Below, in pieces: positions 39,420 through 52,002 of a stretch of 64,000 bases of DNA. The stretch's first letter is position 1. Every line of letters starts with the position of its first letter. The notes under the pieces are model-generated. The model made no database searches and was not told where the DNA came from. It saw only the letters and a program-made list of their open reading frames with translations. Location of the stretch: the NCBI GenBank assembly GCA_050613775.1, contig JBODTK010000143.1, positions 62,001-126,000 of the forward strand, given 5' to 3'. The position numbers were made by a program, and so were the translations under genes. The stretch comes from Neocallimastix sp. 'constans'. Taxonomy: Eukaryota.

Positions 39420-41723
39420 TTAATGATTACATCTGCCAAATTCGGATTGACAACCAGTACCACAGAAGGCATCGCTACTACCACAATAGCCAAATTTGCT
39501 GCAGCAGTTGTCATTTGGACATACTTTGTAGTAATTATTGAATTTTCCGCATGAACCATCATTACTAATGATAATGGAAGCTGAATTCTTCTTTGTTGTT
39601 GTTGTTGTTTTCGTCTTAGTCTTTTTGGTTTTAGTAGTTGTCATCTTTGTTGTTTTAGTCTTTGTGGTTGTCTTTGTTGTTGTTTTCTTTGTTGTTTTAG
39701 TCTTCGTAGTTTTTGTCTTTGTTGTTTTAGTCTTCGTAGTTGTTGTCTTTGTTGTCTTTGTTGTTTTAGTTTTTGTAGTTTTTGTCTTTGTTGTTTTCTT
39801 TGTTGTGGTTTTCTTTGTTGTTGTTTTAGCGTGTTTTTCAGTGGTAGTTGTTGATTCCGATGTTTCTTTTGTTTCTGTTGTTTCGTTATTAGTAGTAGTT
39901 GTTGAAATACTTGGATGAGAAGTAGTTTTTTCACCATCTATTGGAATATTAATGGTGCTCTCTGTTCTTAAGGTATCAGTTGCTTTTGGATGGCTAGTGA
40001 CATCTGTGGATGTTGGTACCTCTATTGGAATATAATCATAATTATTAACACAATTAGAAGGAGGATTTGTATCACCCAGCCAAGTAATACAAAATTCATT
40101 TTTAATTGATTCAGCACGAAGTTTAACCCATTCATAAATACCCCAATTAAGACCGGGTAACTCTTGTTCAAAGTTTTTCAAAAAATCTTTATATCCAAAA
40201 TCTGGATTTTGATTTTTAATGTATGGACGAGTAAATGAAAAATCCCATTTAACTTCTGGTTCATAACGTTCATAATAGGAGTTAACGACCTCTTGAAATG
40301 CCACGGGATTAAATATATGAATAACGATAGAAATTAAGGTTTCTTCAAATCGTTTCTGAAGTTTTGGAGTAGATCCAATAAATTTATCAACTAATGTACG
40401 ATATTCAGCATCATCGTCAACAATATGCCATTTACGGTTAATCATGGTAGTGTAGGATAATTCTGGGAATTTTTTACCAACTTCATTAAAATCTTCAGTT
40501 AAACCAACGCCAAATGTTTCATCATGATCTTGCGTAATAAAGTAAAATTTGTAGGAATCAGAGGTTGATTGAGTGGGGTCATCATAAATAGCAAAATTGC
40601 TCGTAGTATACCAGTAACCATCCCAATCCCCTGTTAAATACTCCATAGCCATTGCTTTATGGAAGGTATCGATATCGAACCATTTTTTATCAAATTCTGC
40701 TAATTCTTGGTCATTGGCAGTATTGAGTTCACTGAGCGCCTTACAGAATTCAATTAGTTGATCAACAGCTTCATCTGATTTTGTATCAAAAACTCCATAA
40801 TAATTATAATCATCAGGTTTATATTCAAAATCAGCACCGGTAGTTCCATCTAAAACATAGCCAAGAGTTTTTGGGGGACGTATGGTTTCAGTTAATGGAT
40901 TACCATAGAATTCAGCTTTAATGAAAGAATAGGTAATAACGGATTCTTGTAAAGTGTAAAATCCAACCGGTTTTTTATTATAGTAAACACGTACCATAAC
41001 AGAATGTAAACTTGGCATTCCAATGGCTTGAATAATATTTCCATAAATAAATTGACGAAGATTAAGAGGATCTTCACTACCATTACGTAATTTTAAAATA
41101 TATCTACCTTTAATTCCATTAGTACTGGATGAAGAGTCATCCTCATCATCTAACCATAATTGGAACTGAAATTTGGAAAAACTTCTATTTTTCGAGGAGG
41201 TTTTAACGTTTTTGAAGGTTTCTACGGAATCCTTTAAATAAAATTTAACATTTTCTAACTTTTTACTTTCATATTTTTTTGGATCATGGAAGAAATTTTC
41301 AGCATTAGATCCAGTAATATGAAGTGTTGGAATGTAGGAATCATCAAAAAGAGTAGTTTTACCTATACTTCTATTCCAATGACTTAAATTTGGTGGATGA
41401 TTAAATGTTTTAAGTGGCTTTATAGTATCCTTTCTTCCATAAAATTCATTATAGGTAACATTTATATTGGAATCAAAAGTACGAACAAAATTTTCTTCTT
41501 CATCATCAACAATATAGAAATATTGAAAGGATTCATTTGGAGCGTTTGATACACTGCCTCTATATAAAATATCATCACTAGCAATTGGAGATAATTTATA
41601 TTTGTCACCATCTACAATTTTAACATAAGTTTTTTGACCAAAAGAAATAACATTAAATTCCACCTTTCTACAAAATATATTATATATATTTAATGAAAAA
41701 AATAATAAAAATTTTAAAGACAT
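39420..41723 (-). CDS. cotH: Secreted CotH-family kinase with Thr/Lys-rich linker and C-terminal CBM18 (hevein-like chitin-binding) domain, 767 aa
   Basis: Signal peptide; CotH motifs LKLR, DPLNLRQ, GFYTLQE, MAMEYLTGDWDGY, SNFAIY, QDHDETFG; (KTT)n linker; CGK...CPNDNCCSKFGYCGSSDAFCGTGCQSEFGRC matches the hevein consensus. Confidence 0.9.
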   Translation of the reverse strand: MSLKFLLFFSLNIYNIFCRKVEFNVISFGQKTYVKIVDGDKYKLSPIASDDILYRGSVSNAPNESFQYFYIVDDEEENFVRTFDSNINVTYNEFYGRKDTIKPLKTFNHPPNLSHWNRSIGKTTLFDDSYIPTLHITGSNAENFFHDPKKYESKKLENVKFYLKDSVETFKNVKTSSKNRSFSKFQFQLWLDDEDDSSSSTNGIKGRYILKLRNGSEDPLNLRQFIYGNIIQAIGMPSLHSVMVRVYYNKKPVGFYTLQESVITYSFIKAEFYGNPLTETIRPPKTLGYVLDGTTGADFEYKPDDYNYYGVFDTKSDEAVDQLIEFCKALSELNTANDQELAEFDKKWFDIDTFHKAMAMEYLTGDWDGYWYTTSNFAIYDDPTQSTSDSYKFYFITQDHDETFGVGLTEDFNEVGKKFPELSYTTMINRKWHIVDDDAEYRTLVDKFIGSTPKLQKRFEETLISIVIHIFNPVAFQEVVNSYYERYEPEVKWDFSFTRPYIKNQNPDFGYKDFLKNFEQELPGLNWGIYEWVKLRAESIKNEFCITWLGDTNPPSNCVNNYDYIPIEVPTSTDVTSHPKATDTLRTESTINIPIDGEKTTSHPSISTTTTNNETTETKETSESTTTTEKHAKTTTKKTTTKKTTKTKTTKTKTTKTTKTTTTKTKTTKTKTTKTKTTKKTTTKTTTKTKTTKMTTTKTKKTKTKTTTTTKKNSASIIISNDGSCGKFNNYYKVCPNDNCCSKFGYCGSSDAFCGTGCQSEFGRCNH

Positions 41724-43425
41724 TTTGGATGACTTTAAATATTATTAAAGAAATTAATTTTAAAGTTTTATTTTTTATAAAATTTGTTAAAAAAAAAAAA
41801 GAAAAACAAAATATTAATAGTTTTAATTTATATTACAAAATAATGAATTATATTGATATGAAAAAAAAAAAAAAAAGTACGACTAAATTGATTTATATAT
41901 AATTTTTTTTATTATGTATTTATATAATTATATTTTTATATTAATAAAATATAAATTATTTAAAAAAAATAAAATTTTATAAAGTCTAATTGTTTTGTAT
42001 CATTAACATATTTATTACTATAATTATGTTTATTATTATATCTTTTCTTTCTTTCTTTTTTATGTATTGAATATAATATTTAAATAAAGAAATAAAGAAA
42101 TATTGCTTTTTTTTTTTTTTTTTTTTTGGTACATAATTAAAAATTTAGATTAAATTATTGGTCATTCAAGGAAAAAAAAATAAAAAGATTCTATTAAAAT
42201 ATCATTTTCTTTGTTTTTTTTTAAACAACAAATAATATTTCATTCTTAATTTTTAATTATCAATAAAATTTAAATTATCTAATAATTTATTATTTTATTT
42301 CATATTATTTAATAATATGAAATAAAATTCTTTATTTAATTTTTTTTATATATATAAAATAATGAATGTTAAATAATTAAATTTTCCTTATATTATTAAT
42401 ATTTATTTTTTTCTCTTTCTTTTTAATTAAACAAAGAATATATTTTTATAAGTTCAATTAATTTATTCGTATTTAATGGATATATAAACTTTAATTAATA
42501 TTAAAAATTATAATAAATACAAACATAAAAATTATTACTACTACTACTACTACTAATAATAATAATAATAATAATAATTAAATATTAGAATATCATTGTG
42601 GTACATAATTATTTACCAAAATCATAATATATTTTTATATATACATAAAATTATGTAAATTGATTTATTTCTATAATCTTATTTCATTAATTTAATTATT
42701 ATATTAAATTACTTTTATTTATTTTATACTATTTTAACTTTTTATTATTTTTATTTAGTCTTTAAAAATTAAAAATAAAATTTAAAATTATATATTTTTA
42801 CCCTTTATTATTCTAATAATTATTTATTATTATATTATTATATTGATATTATTTTAATTATGAGTATAGTCAATAATAAAAAAAAACTTTATATTTAAAA
42901 TTATAAAATATTTTATATAAGTTTAAATTTTTTTTTTTTTTTTTTACAATAAAAGGTTATGTTTTATATTTTAAAATAATTTGATTAATCATTAATATGC
43001 TTATTTTTAAAAAAATTATTTACACATATTTATTTATATATTTCTCATTTCTTTTATTAATATGAATAGCCATAATAATTAATTTAACAAACATTATAAA
43101 TATATTTTTATATCATTGTATATATATATATATGCTATTTTGATTTAAAAGAATTGATTTATTTTTCTTCTTAATTTCTTATTATAAAATATATATATAG
43201 ATATTTTATTTAAAGACGTAAGTTTTTTTTTTTTTTTTTTGATAATAAGAAAAAAAAAATAAAACTTTATAGTTAAATTATATATATTAAATTTTTTATC
43301 ATCAAAAAAAAAAAACTTATTTTATTTAATTCTTTTTTAATGCCTTAAAAAAAAATAAATTTTACAAAAACTTTTCTTAAAAATATTAAATTATATAAAA
43401 GTTCGCAATTTAAAACTTGGTAATG

Positions 43426-43472
<47 letters not shown>

Positions 43473-43662
43473 TTCTTATAAAGTTTCACATATTACAATA
43501 AATTTTATTACAAAATAAAAAAAAAAAAAAAGAACATTTTAAATAAAAAAAAAAAAAAATTTTTTTTTTATTTGATTCAATGGGTAAGGGTTAAAAATCA
43601 AATAAATATTTATTAAGAGTTTGCTATAAAATGATAAAGGATTAATAAATTTAATGATAATA

Positions 43663-43695
<33 letters not shown>

Positions 43696-43709
43696 AAAAA
43701 AAAAAAAGA

Positions 43710-43782
43710 ACAAGAGTTGCATTTCGGAATATGGTTTATAAATAAAAATTTGGGTCATAATTTAAAGTCCCATATTTTTTCT

Positions 43783-43831
<49 letters not shown>

Positions 43832-44241
43832 AATTGTAAATAAATAAAATAAAAATAAAAATAAATATAAATGGATTAATTTTTTTTTTCTCATAAGCAC
43901 ATTATTTATAAACATTATTAAATATCTTATTATTATTTTAACAAAAGTATTAAAATATTTTTTTTTAAAATGAATATTATTAAATATTATTTTAACTAAA
44001 AGTATCTAAATATTTTTTTAAAATGAAATAATATTATATTTTATTATTATTTTAACAATTATATTAAAATATGTCTTTAAAATTTATTATTATTAAATAT
44101 TTTTTCATTATTTTATTATTTATTAAAAATTTAAATATTATTATTTATTTATCAAAAATAATTTAAGCCACTCCAACATCAACAGTTTTTTAAAGTACAC
44201 CGCATTTAATACAGGGCCACGTTCCGAAATGCACTATATCC
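43710..44241. mobile_element. ~530 bp non-autonomous TIR element (MITE-like)
   Basis: Left TGCATTTCGGAATATGG (~43718) and right CCACGTTCCGAAATGCACTATATCC (ending 44241) are imperfect inverted repeats. The element is absent from the duplicate segment at ~45870. Confidence 0.7.
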
Positions 44242-44352
44242 AAAAAAAAAAATTGATAATTCTTAATGAATATTTATATGATAAATAGTAAAAATTATTG
44301 AAATACTCCTGTAGAAACACTTAAACAAACCTATAATAGCATTCATTTTAAT

Positions 44353-45380
44353 GAATGTAGTGCATTTCGCAATCGTGCATTTCGCATTGTGGCTTATACA
44401 TATTTTAAAATAAAGCCATACATTTTTAAGATATTCTCAGCAATCAAAAATAAATATGTAAATAATTAAATAATTAAATATCTAATTAAATAAATAAAAA
44501 AAAAATGTAATAAACAATTAAATATATACCAAAAAAAATTAAGATGAACTGATGAAATAAATTCCTCAATTAAATATTACAAAAATATGGATATTCCAGT
44601 AAAAAAAAGAAAAAAGAAAAAGAAATGAATTCGTTGAATTATGGTTAAAGTGTTTAAGAGATGTAAATATTATATGCATTCAATATATTAAAAAATTAAA
44701 CTTAATGATAGGGAACAAAGACAATTAGTTGACAATATATTTAAACAAAGTTCAACTTCGTCGACTGTTCCATATTTTGTGGGATTGCGGAGTTTCTAAC
44801 AAACATAATACCATTAATTTGTTGATCTTTTTTAGATTGATGATGAAATGATATTCTGTTGAATCTATTGAATCTACTGTTGCTAAGAGCGTCGATGTCG
44901 AAATGATAAGGCATGGATTTTCACCTCGCGGTGAAAGATTGGATATAAATTCGATTGATAATACTAATACTGAAATTATTACTCTCAATAATAGACGTGG
45001 TGTTATCATCGATGAATGGGAAAAGTTAGAAACTATTGCTTCTAACGCACTTTTATTTCATTTCACGTATTTTATTTTTTATTTTTCATTTAAATCATGT
45101 AATTTTATTATTATTATAAATTGAATAAAGTTTTCTCTCAGCCTAAAGAAAAAAAAAACAATTAAATATTATTAAATAACTATTTCAAAAGAAATAATAA
45201 TATGTTCTAATAAAAAAAGAATTATAAAACTTTATTTTTACAATTGAATATTCATAAATTATATATAAAAAAGAATACCTATTATTTATTTAATTATTAT
45301 TTATTTAATTATCATTTATTTAATTTATAAAAAACAAGCCACATATGAAAATACGCCATATTACGAAATGTACTATCCCC
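44353..45380. mobile_element. ~1.03 kb non-autonomous DNA transposon with ~43-bp TIRs and 8-9 bp TSD (Mutator- or hAT-like)
   Basis: Left TIR GAATGTAGTGCATTTCGCAATCGTGCATTTCGCATTGTGGCTT; right TIR AAGCCACATATGAAAATACGCCATATTACGAAATGTACTATCCCC. Flanks are ATTTTAAT (44345-44352) and GTTTAAAT (45381-45388). The empty site GTTTTAAT is at 45957-45964. Confidence 0.75.
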
Positions 45381-45689
45381 GTTTAAATATATATAATGAT
45401 CTGTGAAAATACTGCCTATATACTATTAATCCTAAAACAATTAAGAAGGATAATTAAAAAAAAAAAAAAACTGATAAAAACCGATAGGATTCTTTATAAA
45501 GGCTGAACAATTACGGAAGTATCCATGTGGTAAAGTTATGCAAACAATAAATACCATTTAGAACAATATTTATATTACGAATGAGAAACGTGTTAAATAC
45601 GAAGTAAAAAAAAAATATGAATAGTAAAACTTTTCTTCAAAATATTAAATTATATAAATGATCGTAAATGAAAAATTGTTAATTTTTTT

Positions 45690-46200
45690 TCTTGTAATTT
45701 TTCTTAAAATGTTTTACATATTACAATAAATTTTATTACAAAAAAAAAAAAAAAAAAAAAAAAGAATATTTTAAATAAAAAAAAAAATTTTTTTCTTTTG
45801 GCATATTAATTGTTTCAATTGATAAGGGTTAAAAATCAAATAAATAATAAGAGTTTACTATTAAATGATAAAAAAAAAACTAATAATTTTCAAAAAGTAT
45901 TTATATAATAAATAATAAAAATTATTGAAATGCTCCTATAGAAACACTTAATATTCGTTTTAATATATATAATGATCTATGAAAATACTGCCTATATACT
46001 ACTAACCCTAAAACAATTAAGAAGGATAATTGAAAAAAAAAAACTGATAAAAACCTATAGGATTCTTTATGAAGGCTGAACCATTACGAAAGTATCCATG
46101 TTATAAAGTTATGCAACCTCTAAATACCACTTATAACAATATTTATATTATGAATGTAAAACATGTTAAATATAAAGTAAATTGCATATGAATAGTGAAG
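45690..46200 (+). repeat. Diverged tandem duplicate of 43470-45625 lacking both TIR insertions
   Basis: Colinear matches: 43470-43640 with 45690-45870; 44285-44352 with 45915-45964; 45385-45625 with 45962-46197. Confidence 0.85.
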
Positions 46201-46772
46201 AAATTGATATTATGACTATTACATTATTACTTCTAATGTGTATGAAGATTATATATTAATAGATTACATAAAAATTTATTATTAATATATACAAAACTAA
46301 ATAAAATATTTTTTGTTATTTGCTTGAATTGTATATTATGAATGACTAAAATTCACTTTTTCTTTTTAAGGGTCGTTTTAAAATAATAATAGTTCTAAGA
46401 TAATAATAAAAAAAAATGAAATTTCTATTAATATTTTAGGAAACTTATTAAAATCGATCATTTAATTATTTAATATATTGTAACAATTTTTAATAATAGA
46501 AAAAAATTTAAAAAATTAAAAAGAATAAGAGTAAAAAGAAGAATAAGAATTAAAAGAAAAATAAAAATTAGAATAAAAATTATTAGAGTAAATAAATTTG
46601 AAAATATTCTTGATAAAAAAAAAAGTAATATCGAATATACTGCTTTATTAAATAATATAATCTCTTATTAATTTATATCTTATTAAAAGAAAAATATTTT
46701 GAAAATAATTATAAAAATTAATGATTTAATTTTTATAAAAAAAAAGCTTAATTATTCACTTAATATTTGATA

Positions 46773-46804
<32 letters not shown>

Positions 46805-47083
46805 TTTGCAATTATTGCAAACTTAAACTTTATTTATTTATTCATTTATTTTAAATGAATTTTTTTTTTTAAAAAAAAAATCACATTTAATAAAAAATTA
46901 AATATTATTTGTCTAATTAAAACATAATAATATTTTAAAAAATAATATGAAATAAAAAGTAATATTCAAATTGTAAAGTGTATAAATAAATTTAGAAAAA
47001 GGTTCATATCCAACGAACCTCACCTTCATATTATAAGATTTCTGTTTAAAGGGAATCCTTATTCTGAATTAAGGTTTGAATTG

Positions 47084-47277
47084 ACTATCTGAAAGAAGAT
47101 ATAGTTCTATTCTTCAGAGGCATTGGCCCCTGCAAGCTTGTCTTACTGCATTTTCAGCTTTGACACTCTATTTGATACAAACTATCTGAAAGAAGATATA
47201 GTTCTATTTTTCAGAGGCATTGGCCCCTGAAAGCCTGTCTTACTGCATTTTCAGCTTTGACACTCTATTTGATACAA
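47084..47277 (+). repeat. Two-copy 97-bp direct tandem repeat, relatively GC-rich
   Basis: ACTATCTGAAAGAAGATATAG...GATACAA starts at 47084 and at 47181, with about 3 mismatches. Confidence 0.9.
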
Positions 47278-48824
47278 AAAATACTTTAAAAATGGATGAG
47301 TTAAAAAATTTTACAAATAAATATATATGTATATTTATATAAAGAAACTAACGAATTTATGAGTTTCTAATTTCTTTATAAGATTTATTAAAATTTTTAC
47401 GTTTCTATTGAATTGAAGAAATTAGTAAACTATTAAAAGAATTTTTTTTATTTACATGATATGTTAAAAATATTATGGATAATGTATCTTTAGAAATTAT
47501 AGAATTTTTTTTTCTATTAAAAGGACTATATAAAGATGATTATAAAAATAGTGAGTATTTTTAAACAGAAAATATAGAATCAATTTTGAATAGCTATGTA
47601 TAATGATGATTTTAGATAGTCAACCATTTGCTATTAGTAAATACAGATTTAAACAATAAATATTATAAATCTAATATGATTATCTCATTAAAGATATTAA
47701 AATTAATAATTATTACTATTATTATTGCTATTTGAAAAATATTACATATTCAGATAAAAAAAAAAAGAAACAAAAATGATTGAAAAAAATAATAATTTAT
47801 TAATTTAAGAAAGTAAATACTTTTAGTAAATTAAACAATTAAATAAATAATAAAAAAAGGATTCAAAAAATCGTTTTTTAAAACTTATTGAAATATTCAT
47901 AATTTTTATTATTTTAAAATATAGATTTATATTACAACAAAAATGTATATATTTAGTAATATTTAATATAAAATATTAATTAGAGAACAATAAAAAAGAT
48001 AAAGAATTATACTTAATTAATATCTAGAAAAGATTTAATTTGTATTAAGAAATAAATAATATTATATATCAATGAATATATAATAAATATATATCTTTTG
48101 TATTTTACTTGTACATTATATATAATGATTATATATGTATATATACATTTATTTCTTATATGTTAAATTATAAAATTTTAAAATGGGGTTTTTTAAAATA
48201 AAATTTTTATAATAATAATTGTAATAATAATAAATTTTTTATTATAATAATTGTAATAATAACAAATAAAATTATTTTATATATATATATATATTTTTTT
48301 TTATAAAAAATTAAAAATACCTTTATAATTGTTAATTAAAATTAATATAAAATATAATTACAATAAATATCAAATATAATAATTATAGAAGAAGAATTAT
48401 TAAATAATATATGTTTTTTAATTATTTATATAAATATTAATAATATTAATATATATTATAAATTTAAATTAATAATAATATATAATATAATTTCTTAAAA
48501 AGAGTAAAACTTAAAAAAACGAGGTAAAAAAAATTATTATTAAATTAAAAAGATAAAATTTAATTTATTTTTTTAATATAAATAAAGTTTTGATTTTTTC
48601 AATATAAAAACATTATTTTATTTACTAAAAATTAATTTAAATCTCTTCAATAAAACTTGATAAATATTGGTACATAATTTTGTTTTTATTTGTTTTTTAT
48701 TATTTTTAGGGGAAACAATAATAAATGAAAAAAAAATTAAACTTTATATACAACCTATAGCAACCATATAATATTAATTCATTATTATTAAAATCAAAAT
48801 TAAAAAAATAAATAAATAAATACA

Positions 48825-48863
<39 letters not shown>

Positions 48864-49831
48864 ACGTATAAAATTTTTAATTTATAATGATATATTAAAT
48901 TATAAAACAAATAGAAAATTAAAAAATATTGTATATAATGGAATATTGTAACAACACAAAAATTGGAAAATTTTTGTTTTTTGTAATATACTTATTCTTT
49001 CTTGAATTAACATAATGTGATTGATACTTTTCATAAAAAATGTGAATATAATTATTATAATAAATATTAACTGATTAATTTTTGGTTTTGAAATTATTAT
49101 TAAGATTATATAATTAATAATTTTATAAATCACTAAATTATTAATTATTAATTTGCTTTTTTTTTTATAGCAATGTATATATTTTTTATAATTATTCAAT
49201 AAATCAATAATAGATGAATATATGCGTCTATTTTTTTAATAAATAATTAAAATAATGAATTATAATATTTAACATTAAATAAAGTGTTATTTTATATCTT
49301 TTAATATCTTTTTTCAATTGTTTAAATAACAAATAATACTAATATTTTTCCTATAAAAAATATACCAATTAAATGGAAGTTATATTTTAATATTTAAATT
49401 AAAAAGATTTTTAAATTCATAATTAATTAATATTAATTTATATAATTTATATTTTATTTTATTTTATTTTTTTTTTATTTTTTATTTATAAATATTAAAT
49501 ATTAATTAATTTTATATTTTTCTTTTTGATTTGTAATAATATCTTAATAAAATTTGGTTAATTTTTTTTTTATTTTTTATTTTTCATTTTTTATTTTATT
49601 TTATCTTTTTTTTTTTTTCCATTGTTTTTTCCAAATTTTTGTAATTTTCTATTTAACTATATATAGGAATGCATCCTATTATTTTTTTTATACAATCCTT
49701 TTATATGCATTTATATACATCAATATATTTATTGTATAAAGTATGAACTATAATGATAAAATTTAATATATTTTTAATATACAATATACACTATAATTTA
49801 TTTGCATTGGTGCATATTGAATTTTTTTAGA

Positions 49832-49869
<38 letters not shown>

Positions 49870-51885
49870 TTTATCATGAAATACATAATTTAAATGTATC
49901 AAAAATTATTAATATATACACATATTGTATTGATTTTTTTTATTTATTATAACTTTTAAGTAACTATTAATATTAAGATATTAAAAAAAAAAAAAGAAAA
50001 AAAGCTTGAATTAAAACCTCCTTAAATAAAACAATATTAGGGAGACTTATAATTATTTAATATTTTCATTAGTTTTAAATATTCATGTTATATGATAAAA
50101 AAAAAAAAAGATATTTTAAATTTTTTTAATAATAAAATATATTTATGTATTTTTATATAGAAAAACATTATTTATCAAATATAGAAATATTAACTAATTA
50201 ATGTTCAATTGTAAATAATAAATTATTATATGTATTTAAAAAAGTTAATTAATGAAATATATATTTTAGAAATAAAAAAAAATATATTATTATAAAATAA
50301 TAATTTACTTAAATATAATATTATATAGGAAAAAGAGCTAATTATATGAAATAATATAATGTGATATTAAATATTGAACTGATTAAAACTTAAAATAAAA
50401 TAATTTAATAATATTGATATTTTTAATGTTTTTAAGTATTATGTATATATATATACATTGTAGAGAAAGCCAATTAATTGTTATTATTATCTCTTATGTA
50501 TGTGTAAAGAAAAAAAGAAAAGTTTCTTTATTATAAATACAAACTTTAATTCTAAAAAAAAAAAAAGCCCTCTTTATTTAAAGAATAATTTTATCATTAT
50601 AATTAAAATATTAATATATATAAATATATTATCATATATATTATTTTATTATATATATAAACTCCAGATTCTTTTTTAATATGATGATAAAATAATTGTA
50701 ATTACATATATAAATTTATTAATTCCAAAAAACAATAAATAATAAGAAAGGAAATTTGTCATTATATTTTTAATGAAAATCATATATGTATATCAAATTC
50801 TAACTGTTTAATATTTACTTAACGTTAATTGAAAAAAAAAAATTTTAAACACAATATTTAATAGAAAATATTTTAATAAATATTAATTGAAATTTATATT
50901 GGAATAAATTTATGTATTATTTTAATTATTAATTAATCAAGAAAGATATATATAATTTTAATTTTATTTAACTTTATATTAATAAAATTCTAATAAATTC
51001 ATTAGAAATAATTATAATTACAACAAAAAATTATAAATATATAGAATTAAATATTATATTATATTAAGTGAGTTTAACTATATTATTTAATAGAATATAT
51101 AATTAATATTTTTATACTTAAAACATTAATTTTTCGATAACTTTTATTATTTATTATACTTTCTGAAGTAAAAAAATTTAATTATATATTTTAATTACTT
51201 ATTGAATATTTAATATACCATTTTTTGGTAATTTGTAAAGCAAAGGATAATGTATATATAAATATATATATATATATAATATAAAATATAAATTATATTT
51301 ATTAAAAAAATAGCATTACCAAATATTATTTATTCATTGTTTAATATCAAAATAAATAAAAATAAAGTTGATTCATTTTTATTATTAAATATGATTAAAT
51401 ATTAATTATATAAGTTTAATTATTAAATTATAATTTATAATTATAATAATATTAACATTTTTCTAATTTTACAATAAAAAATTTTTGATATTAATATTAG
51501 TAATTTATACAATATAATTTCAAAAAATTATAATATATAATTTCTAAATATACATTAATATATAATTATTTATCAAAAAATTAATAATAAAAATAAATTT
51601 ATAAAATAAATGTTTTATTTTATTATATTTATTATTTTTTAAATAAATATATTTGTAATATATTATATTATATTAAATAAAATTATGAAATAAATTATAC
51701 TTTTTTGATTTTCAATTTAATGATGTATTTAAATAGATTTGTAAATTAAAAGATATATATATTTTTTTTAATTTTATTATTTTTTATTAAAAAAAAAAGT
51801 ATAAAAAGAGTACATTTTCTCATCAAATTTATATTTTCAAAATTAAATATTTTTTAATTTTATTTATATAATTAAAAAATTATAA

Positions 51886-51906
51886 TTGTTCGCCGGAACG
51901 AACTTT
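51886..51906 (+). promoter_or_regulatory. Conserved 21-nt dyad motif upstream of GH48 copy 1 (TTGTTCGCCGGAACGAACTTT)
   Basis: 20/21 identical to 58981-59001. Lies between a TATA-like GTATAAAAA (~51799) and the ATG. Confidence 0.65.
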
Positions 51907-52002
51907 TATTTAAAAGAGAAAAAAAAAAATAATTTAATTATTATAGAATAATAATATTAATTATCTTTTAATAAAAGGAAAAATTTATTTAATTAAAAAA
52001 AG

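Noticed and set aside
39538..39937. Val-rich and Gln-rich ORFs
   Set aside because: Other frames of the CotH Thr/Lys linker.
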